64,000 bases of DNA. It comes from Chrysomallon squamiferum (Eukaryota; Animalia; Mollusca). The DNA lies in the NCBI GenBank assembly GCA_012295275.1, contig CM022668.1:3100001-3164000 (forward strand), read 5' to 3'. Both the position numbers and the translations under genes were made by a program. Positions 27,917-42,853 of the stretch are shown here, one piece after another (the first letter of the stretch is position 1; the number at the start of each line of letters is the position of its first letter). Below the pieces are notes generated by a model that saw nothing but the letters and a program-made list of their open reading frames with translations, ran no database searches and was not told the origin of the DNA.

Positions 27917-30716
27917 GTCTGTCTGTCTGTCTGTCTGTTTTTCTGTCTTTCTGCAGGGACCACGTTGTATATGTTAAGTGTATACAGAAAATGTCGACTG
28001 AAATATTTGCCATCATTCTGAGGAAACAGATTCCTGCATCGAGTGTCTTCTTTATCCTCTTCATCACCCACAGCTACATCGATTCCCTGTTCAGATGTTT
28101 GTCCTGTAATAATATGAATCTTTCGTATTGATTTAAACACACGGACAATATATCAGTCAATATGAAATTCCAAGACAAGAGATAAAAAAAAAAAAAAAAA
28201 AAATGTCTGCCAAATTTTTCTTAACTTATCTTACTGTTGTAGTGTTTGGGTATAATGACGTCATAGTGTCATACGTATTTATGTTTTATTACGAAGCCTT
28301 GGGGCCAAGGACCTTCGATACAATGACGTCACGGTATTGTTCTATTTTGCTTTTTGATGCAGCGAAGTTTTATGATATTATAGAACCGGGGTTCATTTTT
28401 CATTTTATGTTGTTGTGGTATTTTGAAGTATTGGTCTTATGGTATTTTTGTGTCCTAAAAATCTAGATATTTCGGTTCGATGGTACAGTTAAGTTTGGTA
28501 ATCATTGTATTTTTTTTTTTTTTACACCGAAATCATTATCGCAGTATTTTGGTATTGTGGAGTCAAAGGAAATTTTTGTGGGGGTATTATAAAGTTTTTT
28601 AGATGTTTCGGAACCGCGAAATTATTTTTTAATGCTATTTTGGAACCGTCAAGTCTTGATGATACGGAATTTTAAAATAAATAAAATATATAAAATAAAT
28701 AGTGTAGAGCACTCTTAATATGCCATAAAATGTTAGAGCTGTGATTTTCTTTGGTATCACTGCATTGAGGCAATGTGGTATATTTGGAGTGATGATAATT
28801 TGAGAAGACTGAGGATACTCGATATTATCGATCATCAGACGCGTTCTATTTCAGTTTGAAGCTTTGTCAACGATTCCAAGTCGTGATATGTTTGCAGTGC
28901 GCTGTTGTGGTGACGAGATCAAATATTAAGACAAGAAAAACAAATATTACCTAACGTAAGGAGACGACGTGTGTTATTCACGGTAAATGGTGCATCTCTT
29001 CACCGGTGCCTACAACTAAACCGAAATTCACTGCACTGAAGCATTATTTTATGTTCTGTGAACGTAAAGGAACACGCATACACACACAAACACACACACA
29101 TAACAATAACAGTATTAACAATATTAAATAAAAACTCCCCCGACCCTAAAGAAAGCCAGAAAAGAAAAAAAAAAAAAAAAGAAACCACATAAAACCAACA
29201 ATAAAGGAAACGACAACAACAACAAAGAAAAAAAAAAGAAAAAAAAATTGCTTTTGTAAAAATTAGAACACGCATATTTTTCAAATGAATTTTTAATAAA
29301 CCTAAGATAATTTTCTAACATATAAAACAGATTTTATATTATTTTCAGACATATTAAAAAGACTTATATTATTTTAACACTTATTTAAAACAGACATATT
29401 ATTTTTACAGATATAAAAATCAGTCTTATATTATATTAACACATATTGATTTATAACAACATATATAAAACAGACATTATTTTCATACATATATGAAACA
29501 GACTATGAAATAAATATTAGCAAAAAGGGAGAAACACACACACACACACAAATGAAAAAAGAAGAAATTCAAGAAAAACGTATAACATATTTAAGAAAGT
29601 TGAAATGAAATTACCAAATGGATAGATATTGCCTAAAGAAAACAAAGAAAACAAATAAACAAAAACAAATAAACAAAAACAAATAAACAAAAACAAATAA
29701 ATAAAATAAATAAATAAATAAATGGACAAAAACTATTAAAAAAAATAAAAAAATAACAGACGTTATCAAAAGAGGAAAATAAATATTAAAAAAATAAAAA
29801 AATAAAAAAATAAAAAAAAATAAAAAAAAATAAATAAAAAATAAATAAAAAAAAATAAAAAAAATAAATAAACGGGACAACATAACAATAAAACCGACAA
29901 TCTCAAAATTTAACAAAAATGATGAGTATTTTTAACGTCATTAAACATAAGCTGTATTATTATTATTATTTGTATTTGTGCGTGCTTTTTTAAAAAGAAG
30001 TATTGCTTTAAGACTTATTTATGTAGTATATGTATTTTATTTGTATAATGTAATGTGTAAAAAAGGTTTGTGTATCTGTGTATGTGTGTCCGTATGTATG
30101 TGTGTATGTGTGTCTTTGTTAGTATGTATTTATCTGTGTGTGTATGTGTATATGTATGTATGCATGTATGCATGTATGTATGTATGAATATATGTATATA
30201 TGAATGTATGTATCTGTATATGTATGTATGTATGCATGTATGTATGTATGTATGTATGCATGTATGAAAGTATGTATGTATGTATTAAAGTATGTATGTA
30301 TGTATATATGAATGTATGTATCTGTATATGTATGTATGTATGTACGTACGTACGTAGTTTCTCACTGAATAGAAGACAGGAACTACTGTTACAAATCTCT
30401 GTTTACATCTTGATTATAAATCCTTTGAATACAATTCCATCCAATATTTCAAAACTATTGCATACAACTTTGTCTATCGTTTTATATATTAGTTCATGTT
30501 GTAGACATCGTCATCTGCATCATCATCTTCACAGTGCTAATTTCTCTCGTCACCATCAAGTCTGAAACATTTATTTGAACGTGAAATATGCTGTTGTGTC
30601 CAGAACGGTACAGATGTGTCTGGTCCATTTCAGTCCTGTCCCCCATGGATCCCTGCCCCTTTCTGACCCCACCCCTTCTGACTCCACCCCTTCTGACTCC
30701 ACCCCTCTGTGTTTGA

Positions 30717-31252
30717 CTACACGGTAGACGCGATCGTGTTGACGTCTGGTGACTGAGCTGGTCTCTCTCTGACGTCCGCGTTTTCGCTTTTCGCGCGGGA
30801 ACACATCAGCCGCCTCAGCTCGGTCCGGAACCGCTGCCCGCTGAAGCAGTAAAAGATGAAGTTGACCGCGTGGTTCGCGTACATCAGGTTGTCGGCGAAG
30901 CTGTGCACCAGCTGATTGGCCGCCTTCTCTTTCAGCGTCTTCGAGATCCACGCCGACCGCTCCACGATGACGAGGACAGCCACGGGCCCGGTGAGGACGA
31001 GGAAGAAGAACGTGACCAACAGCAGCATCGCTGTTATCTGCGACTGGCTCGACTGCACTTCCGACGACGGCGCGTTCTGCAGGTGTTTCCTCCTGCGCGA
31101 CGACTGGCTGATCTTCCGCATCATGAGGACGTTGAGCACGCAGATGGAGGTGACGGGGATGACGAAGTAGATGGTGGAGTCGATCCACGGGTAGACGCGG
31201 TATTTGAAGAACCAGGTCGCGCCTTTCTCCGAACTGCCGCAGTAGCGCAAAC
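30717..31252 (-). CDS. GPCR paralog 2, exon 2; joined product 356 aa
   Basis: Acceptor tctcacAG (31254-31253), then G-LRYCG. Motifs YPWIDS, LTGP and NHAVNFIFYCFSGQRFR. Confidence 0.92.
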
Positions 31253-31701
31253 CTGTGAGAAATAACAGTTTGTTTACTGGTACAGCACTGATGTGATATT
31301 TAATATGGCGTGGTATGAGGTGGTACAAGATAACATGATATAGCATGACGTATTCTATAGCTAGACAGAATATGGAATGGCATAGTAGGCGTGATACATG
31401 GTGATATATAATATATGTGATATGGTATTATGGTGGTATTATTATACAATATGGTGTGGTATGATATATAGTGTGGAAAAATATACTGCATAGTGTGCAA
31501 GATGATATGAAAGGTGATATGACTGATATAAATTATGATATGATATATATGTAATAAAATCTAATATACTTGCTACAGTATTATTATTTTTTTATTATCT
31601 ATAGAGACGAATATTTTTTAAATTTATTTATTTACATATTTACTTATTTATTTGTTTTTTAAAATTCCTTATTGTTATTATTGTTATTATTATTATTATT
31701 A

Positions 31702-31736
<35 letters not shown>

Positions 31737-32062
31737 GTTATTATTATTATTATTATTTTTTTTATTATTTATTATTGTTATTATTATTATTATTGTTATT
31801 ATTATTATTGTTATTATTATTGTTATTATTATTATTATTATTTTTCTTTTTTATTATTATTACTAATTTTATATAATTTATTTACTTTCTCACTCACTCA
31901 TTTATTTCCTAATTCTCTTATTGCAACTATTTTAGTATTTATCGACTGGTTTTAGTGTGTTTGCAGAACATACATTTCTTTCCTATTTCAATATTGACTA
32001 AGTATCATTTTTGCGCACAAATAATAAAATCATTTGTAATATCTATTTGATACTTTTCAGAA

Positions 32063-32834
<772 letters not shown>

Positions 32835-32845
32835 CATTCACCTAC

Positions 32846-33380
32846 CTGTTGTTTTGGAGGTTCTCACTGTGGTGGTAAAGAGGTGGTGCAGGTTTAGTCC
32901 GAGCGAGAGGAAAGCGGCGAGTGAGATGATCATCGCCGTCTTCTTCATTGACACAAGCGACTCGGCTTTCAGCGGGAACGTGACGACGATGAAGCGCTCC
33001 AGCGTGACGGCCACGAGCAGCATGACGTCGAAATGAACCGTGAAGTAGAAGACGAAGAGGAACGCTCTGCAGCTGCCGAGTCGAAACAGCGGGACGTCGG
33101 GCTGCATCTTGTCGGCGAGTCGTACAATCCCCGTGCACAGAATGATGACGTCGAGGATGGAGATCACCGCCAGGTACCTCGTCGTGGTGCTCGCGCGAAA
33201 TGAGGAAAACACGAGCACGACGAAGGAGACGATGTTTCCGGGGATGCCGACGATGGCAATGACGGGAAGGACGTAGAGATGTATCTGAACGGAAACTCGA
33301 TATTCGAGGAAGTCCTCGAGTTTGAGGCGGTCGTCTTGGTCCGTGATATTGATGACTGCTTCGCTGCCGTTCTGTCCCAT
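32846..33380 (-). CDS. GPCR paralog 2, exon 1 (TM1-TM4)
   Basis: First in-frame ATG at 33380 (MGQNGS..., with N-glycosylation sequons). Motifs LEDFLEY, GIPGN, ISILD and ERF. Donor G|GTAGGT, phase 1. Confidence 0.9.
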
Positions 33381-34228
33381 GATGTGTTTGAATCGACGAG
33401 GTTGTTCAGTGACAGACGGGGTGAAGCTGCGAGCCAGGCCTGTCCCGTGTCCAGAGTGTTTATTTATATACGAGATCGCCGAGACTGAAACTATTAATCT
33501 GAAGTTTAGCGTCTCCACGTCTTCCTTTCTATTGGTTATTTGTGCTGTTAATGTCTTCTCCTAATCCTGTCGTTAAATGGACTTTGTTAATTTACGCCGT
33601 GAAAGATTTACTTAAACATTAAACATCTGATAAAAAAAAAAATAATAATAATAATAATAATAAATAAAAAATAAAAATCCCTGCTTTTACCGTAATCGCC
33701 TTTTTGAGAAAGACTTTTTAAAATTATTTATTTTATATATTTCTTTTGTTTTCTTCCATTTGGAATAATAACTATGCTGTTTTTAACTTGCTGGCTGTTA
33801 TTATTACTTTTTTTTCTTCTCCCGCTTGAGTCTTTATCTTCTGGGTTGTTTCTTTTTTTTTTTTTTTTGTTTCTACGAAACTGCGGCTGTGTTTTGTTTT
33901 TTTTATACGAAGATAAGTCTATATTTTTAAAAGAAACTGCGTCGTTTCTTTTTTTATAGGAAACTTATGGCTACGTAATTGAAATAATAATTGGCCTGGG
34001 ATTTTGAGAGGCTGCGTTTAAAATGAAATCTACATTCACGATTTTACGTGCAAACCGCGACACAAACAGAGAAAAAAGCTTTTAAACGGACAGTATTGAT
34101 CTTTTAAAACAATTACTGCTCCCCAGGCGACACGTGCAGATTTGATGGTCAGTTGTGATATGAATTATCCGTCGCAGTAATGATGATTAATAAACATAAA
34201 AGGCAGAAAATAAGTTCGTGAACACGGA

Positions 34229-34288
<60 letters not shown>

Positions 34289-34470
34289 ATCTCTCTCTAT
34301 CACACACACAGACACAGATTTGTGTGTGTGTGCGTGTGTGTGTATCTGTGGGTGTATATTGTGCGTAGGTGTGTGTCAATGTGCTGGGGAATTTAATGTT
34401 TACATAATCTGTGTGTCCTCTGTGTGTAGAGAGAGACGGAGACAGTGAGAGATAAAGAGAAAGAAAGTGT

Positions 34471-34554
<84 letters not shown>

Positions 34555-35385
34555 TTATTTTTAGCAAAGTAGAATTAAGCTGTAGATGCTTAAACGGAAT
34601 ATCATATATGCAGAATCATTTTATGTTGTTGTTCTTGTTGCACTTGTTAATCGCATTGTCGATGATATTTCGAACGAAAAAGGATTAATCTGAAAATATA
34701 TTTTCTGTTTTTTTTTAAGAATAAAGATAAAAAGGCCTGAGGGGAAGAAAAAACAAAGACTTAAATTTAATTACCATCTCATTTTTTTAATTGTTTTTAA
34801 TATTATTATATCCGTTCTTTACATAGCAGTAATAATGTTACCTGATTAAAAAAAAAGAAAAAAAAAAGAAAGAGAAAAAAAAAGATGAAATATATATATA
34901 TATAATTTATTCCTTTTGTATTTTACTCCCTGCTGCTCTGTTTTAATAAGCGTACGTTCGTTTGTCTGTATGTTTGTATGTAAAACCGCTGAAGCGATGA
35001 CGTGTGTTAGACAAATATAGACAAACGTAAGAATAAATTTACTTAGCTACAATTTAATTCTGACAGTCTCAGATTTCAGTGAGTAAAGAAACTGATAGAA
35101 CAGAGACTGTTGTCATTCAGCGGTTTGTTCATGTCGCTTACACAGAAAGAGTCTTCTTTGTTTTATTCTGTGTTTCTATCTTTGTTTCTTTCTTGGTTTC
35201 TTTCTTGGTTTTCTTCAGAAGACAGATTTCAGATTAGTAAGTTTTTTTGTTTCTTTGAGAAATCTTTCTGGATTTAAGAAATGAAATAATTTGTATAAAA
35301 ACGAGTGAGTTCTGTCTGTCCCTTTACAGACACAACTCAGTACTTTTTCAGTAACTTTGTATAAATAAAAAAATAAATAAAAAAA

Positions 35386-35420
<35 letters not shown>

Positions 35421-35520
35421 AGTGAATACTAAGTAAGTTAGTAAGTAAATAAGTAAGCAAACAAATATCTATTCTAAATAGCATAAATCAGTTATTCAGT
35501 GGTTCATTGTATTCGATATC

Positions 35521-35622
<102 letters not shown>

Positions 35623-35833
35623 ATTGTTTTAAGTGATGTGTGACAATAACAAAAGTAATTTATAAAACGTCAGTAATAACAACAACAACAACAACCATCA
35701 CAACAGCAACAACTACTACTACCACAACTAAACACTTGCTTCTCCTGAACACCGTTCAATAATAACAGACTAAATGAAATAGTAAGTAAAATTATTTATA
35801 TACTCAATACAGTGATTTGCATAAGAATCACCG

Positions 35834-36594
35834 AGACAATGTACAACACGAATGTACACAGACAATGTACAACACGAATGTACACAGACAATGTACAACA
35901 CGAATGTACACAGACAATGTACAACACGAATGTACACAGACAATGTACAACACGAATGTACACAGACAATGTACAACACGAATGTACACAGACAATGTAC
36001 AACACGAATGTACACAGACAATGTACAACACGAATGTACACAGACAATGTACAACACGAATGTACACAGACAATGTACAACACGAATGTACACAGACAAT
36101 GTACAACACGAATGTAACAACACGAATGTACACAGACAATGTACAACACGAATGTACACAGACAATGTACAACACGAATGTACACAGACAATGTACAACA
36201 CGAATGTACACAGACAATGTACAACACGAATGTACACAGACAATGTACAACACGAATGTACACAGACAATGACAACAGACAATGTACAACACGAATGTAC
36301 ACAGACAATGTACAACACGAATGTACACAGACAATGTACAACACGAATGTACACAGACAATGTACAACACGAATGTACACAGACAATGTACAACACGAAT
36401 GTACACAGACAATGTACAACACGAATGTACACAGACAGAGTACAACACGAATGTACACAGACAATGTACAACACGAATGTACACAGACAATGTACAACAC
36501 GAATGTACACAGACAATGTACAGCACGAATGTACACAGACAATGTACAACACGAATGTACACAGACAATGTACAACACGAATGTACACAGACAA
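35834..36594. repeat. Near-perfect 26-bp minisatellite (GACAATGTACAACACGAATGTACACA), ~29 copies
   Basis: Direct tandem repeat; the 26-aa periodicity in the ORF track equals three units. Confidence 0.95.
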
Positions 36595-37019
36595 TGACTT
36601 CTTAGAAATTATTTAGCAAACGGCGAAAGAAAAATCATATTGATTTAAGTCTGGCTGAAAATCTGAATATTTGCATAACATAGTATTGAATTCTCTTAGC
36701 AGAAATATTCGTGAAAGAAATATTGAACAAGAAAACACGTTGTCAGACAGTTTAAATAAACAGAAATAAGAATATTTAAGGAAAGTTAAAAATAAAAAAA
36801 GTAAAGAAAAAGAAGAAAGAAAAAAAAAATTAAACGCCAATAACAGTGCTTGTACAGAGAATTAAAAGATAAGGTTAAAAAAAAAATAATAATAATAATA
36901 AAGAATAGAAAACAAAAAAAAATAGAAAGAAAATTAAAACAAACAATATGACCTAAGACAAGCTCACAGTGTATGTAAGTTCAAACAATTGCTGTTTGTT
37001 TACACTGAATTAGTGTGTT

Positions 37020-37400
37020 CACAGTATATTTAAATTCACGTTAACTGTTCACAGTGTGTTAGTTTACATTTGTGTTAGTATCTGTCAGTTTACAGTTTAT
37101 GTCCGTTTTCATCTTAACTCACGGCATTTGTCAGTCCACATTATATGTTATTTTACATTTTGTTTTAGTTCACAGTTTACTTTAGTTTACACAGTCCGTT
37201 CACATTTTATGTATATTTACAGTGTCTTAGATAGCGGTTTATGTTTAAATTGTGGTAGTTCACAGTATATGTTAGTTTACATTGTGTGTTGGTTCACAGT
37301 ATATGTTAGTTTACACTGTGTGTTGGTTCACACGTTACTTTACATTGTGGTAGTTCACAGTGTATGTTAGTTCACAGTGTGTTAGCTCACAATATATGTT
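37020..37400. repeat. Highly degenerate short tandem repeat (GTTAGTTCACAGT / GTTTACATTGT)
   Basis: Recurrent GTTCACA/GTTTACA words at roughly 17-20-bp spacing. Confidence 0.55.
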
Positions 37401-37802
37401 ATTTGTTACACTTAATGTTATTGCTGCTGTTGTTGTTTGTTGTTATTGTTAGAAATATTAGTAGCAACTACAGTATTAAAGAGTATTGTTTCTTTTCTTA
37501 TAACTACTACGGCTACTATTACTACAACCACTACCACGACCACCGCCACTACCAATTTTACAGTAACCTCAACTGCTACTATTACGATTACTGCTACTAC
37601 TACTACTACTGTCACTACGTCTACTGTTTCTACAACCATCATTACTACTAACTACAATTATTATCGTTGTAATTGTAGTACTGGTAGCAGTAGTAGTTAT
37701 TATTATTATTATTATTATTTAATGACTTTATATAATTTGATCTTGAATCAAGTTTAAATGGGTTTTTTTATTCTTGTTTGTGATAACTTTGTCATTCGGG
37801 CA

Positions 37803-37845
<43 letters not shown>

Positions 37846-38172
37846 TAATAATAAAACGGGTTATAAAACATCATTTAACTATGATTGATATTTTTCTTCA
37901 CGTAAGCTTTCACTATTTACTTTAGAGTTTTAAAAAACTGGCGAGAAAAAGTCATTAGGTAGAAAAATATCGAAAGTGCGTAGATCGCACAAACATCAGT
38001 ATGTACGAATGTACTGTAAATGTCGACAACGGTGGGTTGAAAAATAAAACTTTATTTTTTATTTAATTTTTTTTATTATTTAGGCTTCCAGGACAAAAAT
38101 TCAGTTTTATCCAGGTCGGCTTTTTTTACATTAACAGGATAAAGCTGATAACTTAAAATATACAAATAGAAC

Positions 38173-38293
<121 letters not shown>

Positions 38294-38526
38294 AGTATCA
38301 GATAGATATTGCAAAAGATGTTATTACTTATGTGTAAAAATGATATAGAAAAGAAATGTGTGTTCTGCAAACATATTAAAGCCAGTCGATAAATACCAAA
38401 TTAAGAAATAAATGAGTCAGTGAGAAAGTAAATAAATTATATAAAATTAATAATAATAATAAAAATAATAAAAATGAATTAAAAAAATAAAGTAAGTAAT
38501 TAAGTAAATTATGAAAATATATATTC

Positions 38527-38627
<101 letters not shown>

Positions 38628-39696
38628 TCACATACACAGACATAAACACTCAAACAAATATCATTAATGTATATTCATGTTATGGTTTGTATATTTATGA
38701 ATACTTGAGTATGTACACACAGTAGAGGTTAACTCTCTACAATATAATTATTGCACTCAGATTTATCCCCACATACACATATTCACACATACCAACACAC
38801 AGAGACATATAGACAGACATACGTACACACAGCCATAAACACATACGTATACCTATACAGACATACAGACACACACACACACACCTACACAGACATACAC
38901 ATATACCTACACACAGACATACATACACACATATACATACCTACGCAGATACATTGTGACACACATATACCAAAGTACATACACTGACACAAACATACAG
39001 ATCATTTGATACAGATCGTTAAAGAAACAGGTAAATGTGAGAAACCGCTCCAGGAGAATTTTTTTTTTTATCAATACTGTCCATTTGAAAGCTTTTTCTA
39101 ATGTTTACTTAATGGTTTAGGCACAAAATCATAATAGTAAATTACATTTTTACATTACTCTGTCACAGCTGTTAGACAAAATATTTGAAATACTTTAAAT
39201 AAATAAATTTAAAAAAAAAAAAAAAAAACGTAAAAAGGATAAAGATCGGTAAATAAACATCGGATTTTAAGACTGATTACCTTGAAAGGTTTTAATAAAC
39301 TAGTCTGAACATCATTACCGAAGATGACAGGACAACTCTATTTTTCTTTTTTCAGAAAAAAATTGTGATTGAAAAATAGTGACATTATTTTCAGCGTTCA
39401 GAAACACTCAGAAATTGTTGCTCGTCAGAAGTGCTAGTAACTTTAGAAATTTAGTGTAAGACGTCTGTAATTGTAATTAATAAGTCTGATATTTAATTTA
39501 ATTTTAACAGTACTTGACCTCACAGAGATTCTTGTCCCAAATGAACAAATTACATATAAAATATATTTTTTGTAACTTAGGGTTCCTGAAACTTTACAGA
39601 CCATCGCCCTCTTTTTATAATCCCTGATCTTTCGACGACTATTAAGTATGTAAAATAAATAAATAAATAAACCACCAACCAACCAACCAAACAAAA

Positions 39697-39755
<59 letters not shown>

Positions 39756-39825
39756 ATCTCTATTTAAAATGTAATAATTTATTCTCCTTTTTCCTTCATT
39801 GTTGATTCTCGTTAAGACTCATTCC

Positions 39826-40108
39826 GAGTTCCTATTTCAGCTCCTATTTCCCATTCTGACCCTAGACATTAATCTACACCTTCTGAGTTCCTATTTCAGC
39901 TCCTATTTCCCATTCTGACCCCTAGACATTAATCTACACCTTCTGAATTCCTATTTCAGCTCCTATTTCAAATTCTAACCCCTAGACATTAATCTACACC
40001 TTCTGAGTTCCTATTTCCCATTATGACCCCTAGAAATTAATCTAGACCTTCTGAGTTCCTATTTGAGCTCCTATTTCCCATTCTGACCCCTGGACATTAA
40101 TCTACACG
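39826..40108. repeat. ~60-bp minisatellite, 5 copies (GAGTTCCTATTTCAGCTCCTATTTCCCATTCTGACCCCTAGACATTAATCTACACCTTCT)
   Basis: Direct tandem repeat. The 4th copy lacks one internal 12-bp subrepeat. Confidence 0.9.
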
Positions 40109-40621
40109 TTGGATAGTCCCATCGACATAAAACCGTCGATATCAAACATTTTGCCGATCCACGTGTTCTTAAAGATATCACAACACAGTGAATATATAAT
40201 AAATATTGTAGTTCTTCACAAATCTCCCTATATCAAGTTATATTATATATTTATTATGTGATTATATACCAGTAACATTTTTACTACTGTTTCTGAACAT
40301 ACTGCCATTCACCGTACCGTACTGTTGTACTTACACAAATTAATATTCACGTATTACCTGACATATTTTAATCTTTTATGTTATGCTACGAACTGTATTA
40401 TTGGAGATGTGTACCGAACGTTTTGATTGGCTGGCAGGGCCTTGCCACTGTTTGAAATACAACCAATGACCTTTCCGCTTTATAGTTTTTAATATATAAA
40501 TAAACAGAAAGGAATTGTATTTACAAACATGAAGGAAACAAAGAAAAAAAAAAGAAGAAAACTATAACTAAAAATACCTTGACAGTAATTTACAATATTC
40601 TATAAATATTTTATTCAGTAG

Positions 40622-40732
<111 letters not shown>

Positions 40733-41914
40733 GTTTATCGTATAAATAATTGTGTAGACAAATTGAACAACAAGTCATAGAAGACTAAGTATCCTTTATT
40801 GATCAGTCTTCTGTTTTTGATGAAACAGACAAACACTGGTATGTATAAAGTTATTTATATGTCCATGCGTGCAGTCATGCGTGTATGGACATATGGAATC
40901 ATATACATTTTCACAAATCACAAAAAAAGTTTAACAGTAAACACAAATTAAAAAATTCAGGTAGACTCGTTTTCTCCGAAACCAGGACAAACATCGTGTA
41001 AGGGAGACAATCGTGTTATAACTGCTAAGAGTGAAAGCCTAAAATAACAGTTAAAAATTTCGAGAAACTTATTTTCCTTTCATTTTGAGTTGTTCTGAGA
41101 GGATACTCTGTAGAATCAGGCACTTCTCAAAGATAACGCTATCGTTATGGTTGTAAAATATTTTGTAAAGTTAAATTTTGATTAATCATAGATTTAAAAC
41201 ATAAAATAAAATAAAACAGAGAAGGAAAGAAAGAAATAGCAAACAAAAAAGAAACAAATATGTTGACAGAAAGATAGATCATGAGACAAATAAATAAATA
41301 AATAAATAATATAACTGAACACGTTAGATTCCGAAACGTCTTTGTAGTGTTACGTAATTTTTCTTTCTTTCTTGAATACTAAAACTCTTCACTTTTTTTT
41401 AGAGGAATTATTGTGAATGTTCTGAATTTTTAGGTATATATATGTGAATTATATATGTTTGTATTTATCTATGTATTCTCTTTAACATTTCTCTTGTCTT
41501 TCATCTTTGTTTTATTTCTGTATGAACTTGATTCATATTTTATTTTATTTTATTTTTTATTTAAAGAGATTGAAAAAAGAGAATATTGCTCGACTGAAAG
41601 AAATAAAAAAGAAAGAGACAACAATGATTGAGAAGTGACAGATATAAAACAGAAATAAAAACAAATAGACAGATTTTCAGACGGACACACGAAAGAAATG
41701 AAAAATAAAATTAGTGATGGATTATTGTGTCTGTTTACAAAGATAAAAACACGACATCAAAGAAAAGTATTTTATTAATAATAGACAAAATTTTAACAGG
41801 CGTTACACAGTAATAGCAAGTCATGATATATAACAATAATTAACACACACACACACACACATTCACACACAGATATATATCTCTCTCTCTCATATTTATA
41901 TATGTTTATGTGTT

Positions 41915-41951
<37 letters not shown>

Positions 41952-42301
41952 ACGTGTATGTAAACATATATCTATCTATCTGTGTATGTATGTAAATATT
42001 ATTTACACATGACAAAAATAAAAATATAAATTGAAAATATATAAAAATCCCATTATGTATTGATCGTTATATATATATACAGTATATATATAAATATATC
42101 TATATATATATATATGTATGTATACATCACAGTTACAGTATCTGTATTAGCATATTAACAAATATTTATTTTATTTTGTCTTTAATATCGCGCAAACTAA
42201 ACTGTGATGTGTCAGCCGATATGTCTGCGCGCTTTTTATAATCACTAAATTCATATCTAAAAAATGTACAGAGAGAGAGCGAGCAAAAGAGAGAGACAGA
42301 G

Positions 42302-42338
<37 letters not shown>

Positions 42339-42460
42339 AAGAGAGAGAGAGAGAGAGAGCGAAAGAGAAAGAGAAAGAGAGAGAGAGAAAAAAAAGAGAG
42401 ACAGAGAAAGAAAGAGAGAGACAGAGAAAGAAAGAGAGAGAGAGAGAAAGAGAGAGACAG

Positions 42461-42537
<77 letters not shown>

Positions 42538-42807
42538 GAGAGAAGGAGGGAGATAGAGAACGAAAGCGAGAGAGAGAGAGAGAAAGAGAGAGAGCGAGAG
42601 AGAGGGAAAGAGACAGCGAGAGAGACAGCGAAAGATGGAGATTCAAAGTGAGAAAGAAAATAAATTTAGATTAGATTATTTACTTAAATGACAAAAATAA
42701 AAAATAAAAAATGAAAATATATAAAAACCCCATTATGAACAATATTGATCGTTAAGAAATCAGTTATAAGCAAATAGTTTATATATATAAATAAATAAAT
42801 AAATATA

Positions 42808-42853
<46 letters not shown>

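Noticed and set aside
27811-28140. Acidic ORF fragment between GPCR1 and GPCR2
   Set aside because: It runs into (GA)n, shows no recognisable homology and has no consistent splice partners.
33381-33518. GTG-initiated N-terminal extension of GPCR2 (likewise the TTG/GTG starts at 2885, 46879 and 58006)
   Set aside because: Bacterial-style start calls. The first in-frame ATG gives lengths that match the paralogs.
35770-36616. 250-270-aa Cys/His-rich repeat ORFs in several frames on both strands
   Set aside because: An artefact of a stop-free 26-bp unit. All frames are equivalent and there is no unique coding flank.
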